Positions 59,306 to 64,000 of a DNA stretch of 64,000 bases are shown here, piece by piece (positions within the stretch are counted from its first letter, which is position 1; each line of letters opens with the position of its first letter). A program made the translations under genes and the position numbers. Origin of the DNA: a virus (Duplodnaviria; Caudoviricetes); the IMG/VR virus record IMGVR_UViG_3300046171_000271. One strand, written 5' to 3'. A model generated the notes under the pieces. That model saw nothing but the letters and a program-made list of their open reading frames with translations, ran no database searches and was not told the origin of the DNA.

Positions 59306-60748
59306 ATGGCATCAGAGGATATTAAAAAACTTATTAAAAAATCTGTTGATGTTAAAGTTCAACAAATTGGATTTGTTCAAGATGAAATTGTCATCGCTGA
59401 TGATGATAAATCATTTTATGATGAAGCAATAGAAAAGATTGAAAGACATGTTTTTGAAGAAATTGAAGATGTAAATAGATCATTTGTTGATGTCCAGACT
59501 GCATATCAGGATCGAATTGATTCACCCTGTAGAACAGATTTATTTTGGAGATATGTTGGATCAGTGACAGTTGGTAGTGAAAGGCCAACCACCACAAATT
59601 ATTTCTTATGCACAAAATTAAAAGTTACACCTTATAGTAATAATGTTGGACTTGGATCAACAACAACAACATCTACTATGGTAAAATTGAATTCTGATGG
59701 AACCACTACTACAGTTAATCTTGAAAATGAACTTGCTTTTGATCGAAGAGATTTTTATGGATTAAAATACTATGAAGAACCATTTAATGAAGATATTGGC
59801 AATTCTTTAATCGGTTCATTTATTGGTACATGTAGTGTTGGATCAACAGAGATCACTATAATGAATCTAACGGAAAATAACACAAAATATGAACCTGGAC
59901 AGATGATTTCTCGTTGCACTAAGCCTGATGTTCTTTTAATTGATCCTGTTAAAATTACAGAAGTTGGTATTGGAACATTAACAGTAAATCTTAATCCTGT
60001 TGGTATAGATAGCACACAAGCAACAGTTAATATTCTTAAGACTAATGTTGCGATGGGGAATAGTGCAACTGCTCCAGAACCTGATAATTCACTCGTCAGT
60101 TTTAGAGTTATTGCAGATCCTGATGACTTTTTAGAAGGTACGCAAAAATATCAAATTCCATTTGAAAAAGATCCATTTAATGATCAAGTCATTAGTATTG
60201 CTACAACATCTAATATTGGTGCAGGTAAATCAGTTTATCTTGTCCAAAATGGAGTTACTACTAAACAAGATGAATGGAATACTGGAGATATATACAAAAT
60301 AAATGATAATGGAGACTTTTATGTTACCGAACCAGAAGTTGGCCCTGGAAGAATTTACTTTAAACTTGGATTTGATGAAAAACCAATTCTTTTAAATGGA
60401 GATGACGCTGAGGAAGGTGATGTTAGAACAAACATTGGCGGGATGCCAGGGCCATTTCCTTCTCCATTCTACGAATCATTAAATTCTTGCTCATCTGCAA
60501 TTAATGATGCAATAACAAATACACTTGGTATTTCATCCACAAAGGAGACTGCACTTGCTAATAATGATTCAGTAAATCAAAAATTACTTGTGGCATCTAA
60601 TGCATTACGAACACAGCGTAATATTTTTTCTCTTAAAATTTTCGGTATGCGTAAGATTTTGGGAAGTGAGAATAGTGATATAGATACTTTTAATGGACTT
60701 AATTCCATTTTAGAAGATCCTACAATTTTGGATGTTATAGATGACTGA
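59306..60748 (+). CDS. virion structural protein, unknown function
   Basis: long ORF in the late cluster, coiled-coil termini. Confidence 0.6.
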   Translation: MASEDIKKLIKKSVDVKVQQIGFVQDEIVIADDDKSFYDEAIEKIERHVFEEIEDVNRSFVDVQTAYQDRIDSPCRTDLFWRYVGSVTVGSERPTTTNYFLCTKLKVTPYSNNVGLGSTTTTSTMVKLNSDGTTTTVNLENELAFDRRDFYGLKYYEEPFNEDIGNSLIGSFIGTCSVGSTEITIMNLTENNTKYEPGQMISRCTKPDVLLIDPVKITEVGIGTLTVNLNPVGIDSTQATVNILKTNVAMGNSATAPEPDNSLVSFRVIADPDDFLEGTQKYQIPFEKDPFNDQVISIATTSNIGAGKSVYLVQNGVTTKQDEWNTGDIYKINDNGDFYVTEPEVGPGRIYFKLGFDEKPILLNGDDAEEGDVRTNIGGMPGPFPSPFYESLNSCSSAINDAITNTLGISSTKETALANNDSVNQKLLVASNALRTQRNIFSLKIFGMRKILGSENSDIDTFNGLNSILEDPTILDVIDD

Positions 60749-60983
60749 ACCTAATTTTGAATTTCTGCACGGCAGAACAACGAAGAATATGATTGAACTT
60801 CCTAAGTCATGGGAAGATACTGTAGATATGAGTACAGTGACGATTCACCTTACTCAGGTGGGTTCTAACCAGGACTTGCGTGTGAAGCGTCACCAGGGTA
60901 CAGAGATTCACCTCTCAACCAATGGACTGCCAGTAGATTGCTATTATATGATCGTGGGTGAATTGCTTGACAAGGACGCCTGA
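60741..60983 (+). CDS. stand-alone copy of the chaperone-like domain seen in 58239..59264
   Basis: LHGRTTKNMIELPKSWEDTVDMSTVTIHLTQVG vs VRGKVKGNVIELPEYWEGLVDPDTITVTLTAFG. Confidence 0.65.
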   Translation: MTEPNFEFLHGRTTKNMIELPKSWEDTVDMSTVTIHLTQVGSNQDLRVKRHQGTEIHLSTNGLPVDCYYMIVGELLDKDA

Positions 60984-60995
60984 GTCCTCTATAAT
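60967..60995 (+). promoter_or_regulatory. sigma70 promoter for the small-ORF/tRNA unit
   Basis: TTGACA 60967-72, 17 nt, TATAAT 60990-95. Confidence 0.85.
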
Positions 60996-61020
60996 AAGTG
61001 GGTAATCAAGGGAACACCCA

Positions 61021-61203
61021 ATGCAAGACGAGTATCTCTCCCGAGTCGTCATCGATCCTTCTGCCCGTAACTTTTATCTTTACTCTAGCGAGGGTGATGA
61101 AAAAGTTGTTGATTGTACTACTATTGACGAATTCATGAGTGTGATGTCTTTTATTCGTTCTACTGCGTCTGACGACGTTATTGCATATGCTAACCCACTC
61201 TGA
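61021..61203 (+). CDS. small conserved hypothetical protein
   Basis: FYLYSSEGDEKVVDC. Confidence 0.6.
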   Translation: MQDEYLSRVVIDPSARNFYLYSSEGDEKVVDCTTIDEFMSVMSFIRSTASDDVIAYANPL

Positions 61204-61238
61204 ATCCCTGTATCAAGAAATCCTTAAGTGTTACGAGT

Positions 61239-61400
61239 ATGAGAGCAGAAACCCGACAATCTATGGAAATGTTATTCGAGTCGAAATGGAATTTGCCAAA
61301 AGCAGCAGAAAATTGCGGGTTGACAAATAAAGAAATGAAAATAACATTTAACGAATATTGTCGTCTTAATCCACCAACGTATGATTCTCAACAACCTTAA
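61239..61400 (+). CDS. 53-aa hypothetical protein
   Basis: SMEMLFESKWNLPKAAENCGLTNKEMKITFNEYC. Confidence 0.6.
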   Translation: MRAETRQSMEMLFESKWNLPKAAENCGLTNKEMKITFNEYCRLNPPTYDSQQP

Positions 61401-61656
61401 AATTTATTGTCAGACTGAAGAAGATCAAGAATCAATTGTTGACTACATACTTGATGAATACCCAGATGTTAAGATTAGCACCTGGGAACCTGATGGAGAA
61501 CCAGGATCATGGGGAATGTTCGTTGATGACTTCCCTATTGAAGTTTGGGAAATGCTCTGCCGATTCCTTGATAGTGAAGATGCATTCGTGCTTGACGAAG
61601 AAGTGGAAATGGCGTTAGAATGTGATGAACCAAGGATAAACAAATACTATCCTTGA
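61381..61656 (+). CDS. acidic hypothetical protein
   Basis: ORF-track 91 aa, upstream of the tRNA. Confidence 0.55.
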   Translation: MILNNLKIYCQTEEDQESIVDYILDEYPDVKISTWEPDGEPGSWGMFVDDFPIEVWEMLCRFLDSEDAFVLDEEVEMALECDEPRINKYYP

Positions 61657-61680
61657 TTTTTTGGGAGCAATCTCATTTTT

Positions 61681-61754
61681 GCGCGAGTAGTCCAATGGCA
61701 GGAGACACCAAACTTAAAATTTGTACAGTGCGGGTTCGAGTCCCGCCTCGCGTA
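61681..61754 (+). tRNA. trnL: tRNA-Leu(UAA) with a short variable loop, no encoded CCA
   Basis: acceptor GCGCGAG/CTCGCGT, anticodon TAA 61715-17, T-arm GCGGG-TTCGAGT-CCCGC, discriminator A. Confidence 0.85.
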
Positions 61755-61760
61755 TTGCTA

Positions 61761-61802
61761 AACAGTAGACAATACTAAATAACGACAGTATAGTCTTCTG
61801 TT
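61761..61802 (+). promoter_or_regulatory. late promoter embedded in a hairpin that covers the HNH translation start region
   Basis: 16-bp stem with 2 mismatches (61761-76/61787-802) ending 1 nt before ATG 61803; CTAAATA 61775-81 at the top. Confidence 0.75.
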
Positions 61803-62264
61803 ATGGCAAAATCTAGGAATTACACTAATGAACAATTTGCGGAAGCAGTTGCGAATAGTGGTAGTATACGTCAAGTTCTGCAAAAACTGAATTTGAGAGA
61901 AGCTGGAGGAAACTACCAGTGCGCCAAAGAGCGTATTGGACAATTAAATTTAGATATTTCTCATTTTCACGGACAAGCATGGAATAAAGGTAAAAACTTA
62001 CCTAAAAGGCAACCCCTAGAAACTTATCTTGTGGAGAATAAACTAGTTCAGTCAAATAGTCTCAAAAAACGCCTAATCAGAGAAGGCATCAAACAACACA
62101 AATGTGAGATGTGCGGTATTACAGAGTGGAACGGCAAACCCACTCCCATTGAACTTGATCATATTGATGGAAACCGGTATAATAATACCATAGAGAACCT
62201 ACGCATTCTCTGCCCCAACTGTCACGCACAGACAGATACATATAGGGGCAAAAATAAAAAATAA
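61803..62264 (+). mobile_element. free-standing HNH endonuclease between two tRNA genes
   Basis: CEMCG...ELDHIDGNRYNNTIENLRILCPNCHAQT. Confidence 0.85.
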
Positions 62265-62268
62265 CATT

Positions 62269-62340
62269 GCCCCTGTAGCTCAATGGCAGAGCAACGCTTT
62301 TGTAAAGCGTAGGTTGTCCGTTCAAATCGGATCGGGGGCT
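62269..62340 (+). tRNA. trnT: tRNA-Thr(UGU), no encoded CCA
   Basis: acceptor GCCCCTG/CGGGGGC, anticodon stem ACGCT/AGCGT with TGT 62301-03, GTTCAAAT T-loop. Confidence 0.92.
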
Positions 62341-62359
62341 TAACGAGAAGACAGCGGTA

Positions 62360-62366
62360 ATAAATA
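62360..62366 (+). promoter_or_regulatory. late promoter
   Basis: ATAAATA 28 nt upstream of the structural gene ATG. Confidence 0.6.
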
Positions 62367-62393
62367 ACTCATACAGAATAGTGTGTTAGTAAG

Positions 62394-64000
62394 ATGCCTC
62401 TCAGTCGTCTAGATAATTTTCTAAAGAATGCGCGTGGCAACATTCTCTACGTAAACCCAAACGATTTAGATGCCACAGACTCTATTGAGAATCAAGGAAA
62501 TTCTCTAGCACGTCCATTTAAGACGATTCAAAGAGCACTTATTGAATCAGCTAGATTTTCATATCAAACTGGATTAGATAACGATAGATTTAGTAAGACA
62601 ACTATACTTTTATATCCTGGTGAGCACGTAGTTGATAATCGTCCTGGATGGATTCCGGACGGAGCAGGTACTTTTAAATTAAGAGACGGATCTACATCTA
62701 CAGATTTTCCCGATTTTTCACTGAGCACTAATTTTGATCTCACATCTGACAACAACGCATTATATAAACTTAACAGTGTTCATGGTGGAGTTATTCTACC
62801 TAGAGGAACTTCTCTGGTAGGTTTAGATCTTCGTAAGACAAAGATTCGTCCTAAGTATATTCCTGATCCTGAAAATGCAAACATTGAAAGATCCGCGTTA
62901 TTCAGAGTAACTGGCACTTGTTACACATGGCAGTTCTCCATCTTTGATGGTGATCCTAACGGAACAGTTTTCAAAGATTATTCTTCAAATATTTTTGTTC
63001 CAAACTTCTCTCACCATAAACTTACTTGCTTTGAGTATGCTGACGGAAAGAATAATGTAAAAATTAATGATGCGTTTATTTCTGATTATGATGGCGGAAG
63101 AACCTGATCTTGACATGTATTATGAAAAGGTTGGTTTAGCATATGGTGTTTCATCTGGAAGACAAATCACACCAAACTATCCTAATTCTGGAGTTGATAT
63201 TCAACCCAAGATTGATGAGTTCCGTATTGTAGGCCCTAAGAGTGGTGCAATTGGTATTTCAAGTATCAAAGGCAGGTGATGGCGTAACTGCTACAACAGA
63301 AGTTACTGTTACTCTTGAGAGTGCATTATTTGGTTTAGATGTTGATACGCCAATTAAGGTATCTGATGTTGCTACAGATGCATATAACGGACAGTTTGTT
63401 GTTAGTGATGTATTAGCATCAACAACTGAGGGAACCACACAGTTTAAGTATAGTGTATCTAATCCTCCTTCTAATGCACTTCCTACCGTCACTGGATCAA
63501 AGGTAGATCTTCAGTCTGATAGTGTCACTTCAGCATCTCCCTATATCTTCAATATCTCTCTGCGTTCCGTCTTTCGGTATGTGCGGAATGCACGCTGATG
63601 GAAGCAAAGCACTAGGATTTAAGTCCATGGTAGTTGCCCAGTTCACGGGCATTGGACTTCAAAAAGATAAGAATGCATTTGTTAAATATAATCCTACCAG
63701 CGGTGAGTATAAGGATTCAACCTTTGCTGGTAATGCAAACATCAATGAAGATAGTCGTGCTATCTTTAAACCAGATTACGAAAACTATCATATTAAAGCA
63801 TCAAATGATTCTGTAATTCAGATCGTTTCGTGTTTTGCCATTGGTTATGCTCAGCACTTTGTAACTGAAAGTGGTGGTGACTTATCAGTCACTAACTCTA
63901 ACTCAAACTTTGGTGCAAAAGCACTTGTATCTAAAGGATTCAAGAGCACTTCATTCTCAAGAGATGATGTTGGATATATCACTCACATTATTCCACCGAA
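62394..64000 (+). CDS. N-terminal part of a very large virion structural/fibre-like protein, with indels; runs off the window
   Basis: MPLSRLDNFLKN..ILYVNPND..RPFKTIQRALIE; frames rejoin near 63100, 63270 and 63580. Confidence 0.7.

Overview
64 kb from a T4-like marine cyanomyovirus (Kyanoviridae type). The host is probably Synechococcus, inferred from gnd+zwf+psbD+petE+PTOX+tRNAs. Layout: (1) 1-14.05 kb, a glycan/LPS-like island with four GT11-like, GT2, GT17, GT25 and GT47 glycosyltransferases, an epimerase, ugd, nadE, a radical SAM enzyme and methyltransferases. (2) 14.1-37.1 kb, a host-metabolism region: two small beta-barrel-like genes, pstS, two hli, petE, PTOX, gnd, zwf, psbA, psbD, talC, glutaredoxins, speD and many small ORFs. 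(3) 37.1-42 kb, thyX, phoH, an exonuclease, gp33, gp59 and gp32. (4) 42-64 kb, baseplate/tail genes (gp53, gp48, gp2, gp4, gp54-like, gp26, gp51, hub and gp5-like), cp12, tRNA-Leu and tRNA-Thr flanking an HNH endonuclease, and the start of a large virion protein. Many conserved or essential genes carry single-base indels, mostly at homopolymers and densest at 30.7-47.2 kb. I treat these as sequencing errors, not pseudogenes. Best candidate for an undescribed system: at 36.16-37.13 kb, two tandem glutamine-II (Downstream-peptide)-like riboswitch folds, each with a small ORF inserted in its P2 loop (start codon in the 5' strand of P2), followed by two YRG/DUF4278-like peptides. Family assignments come from motif recognition by eye; no searches were run.
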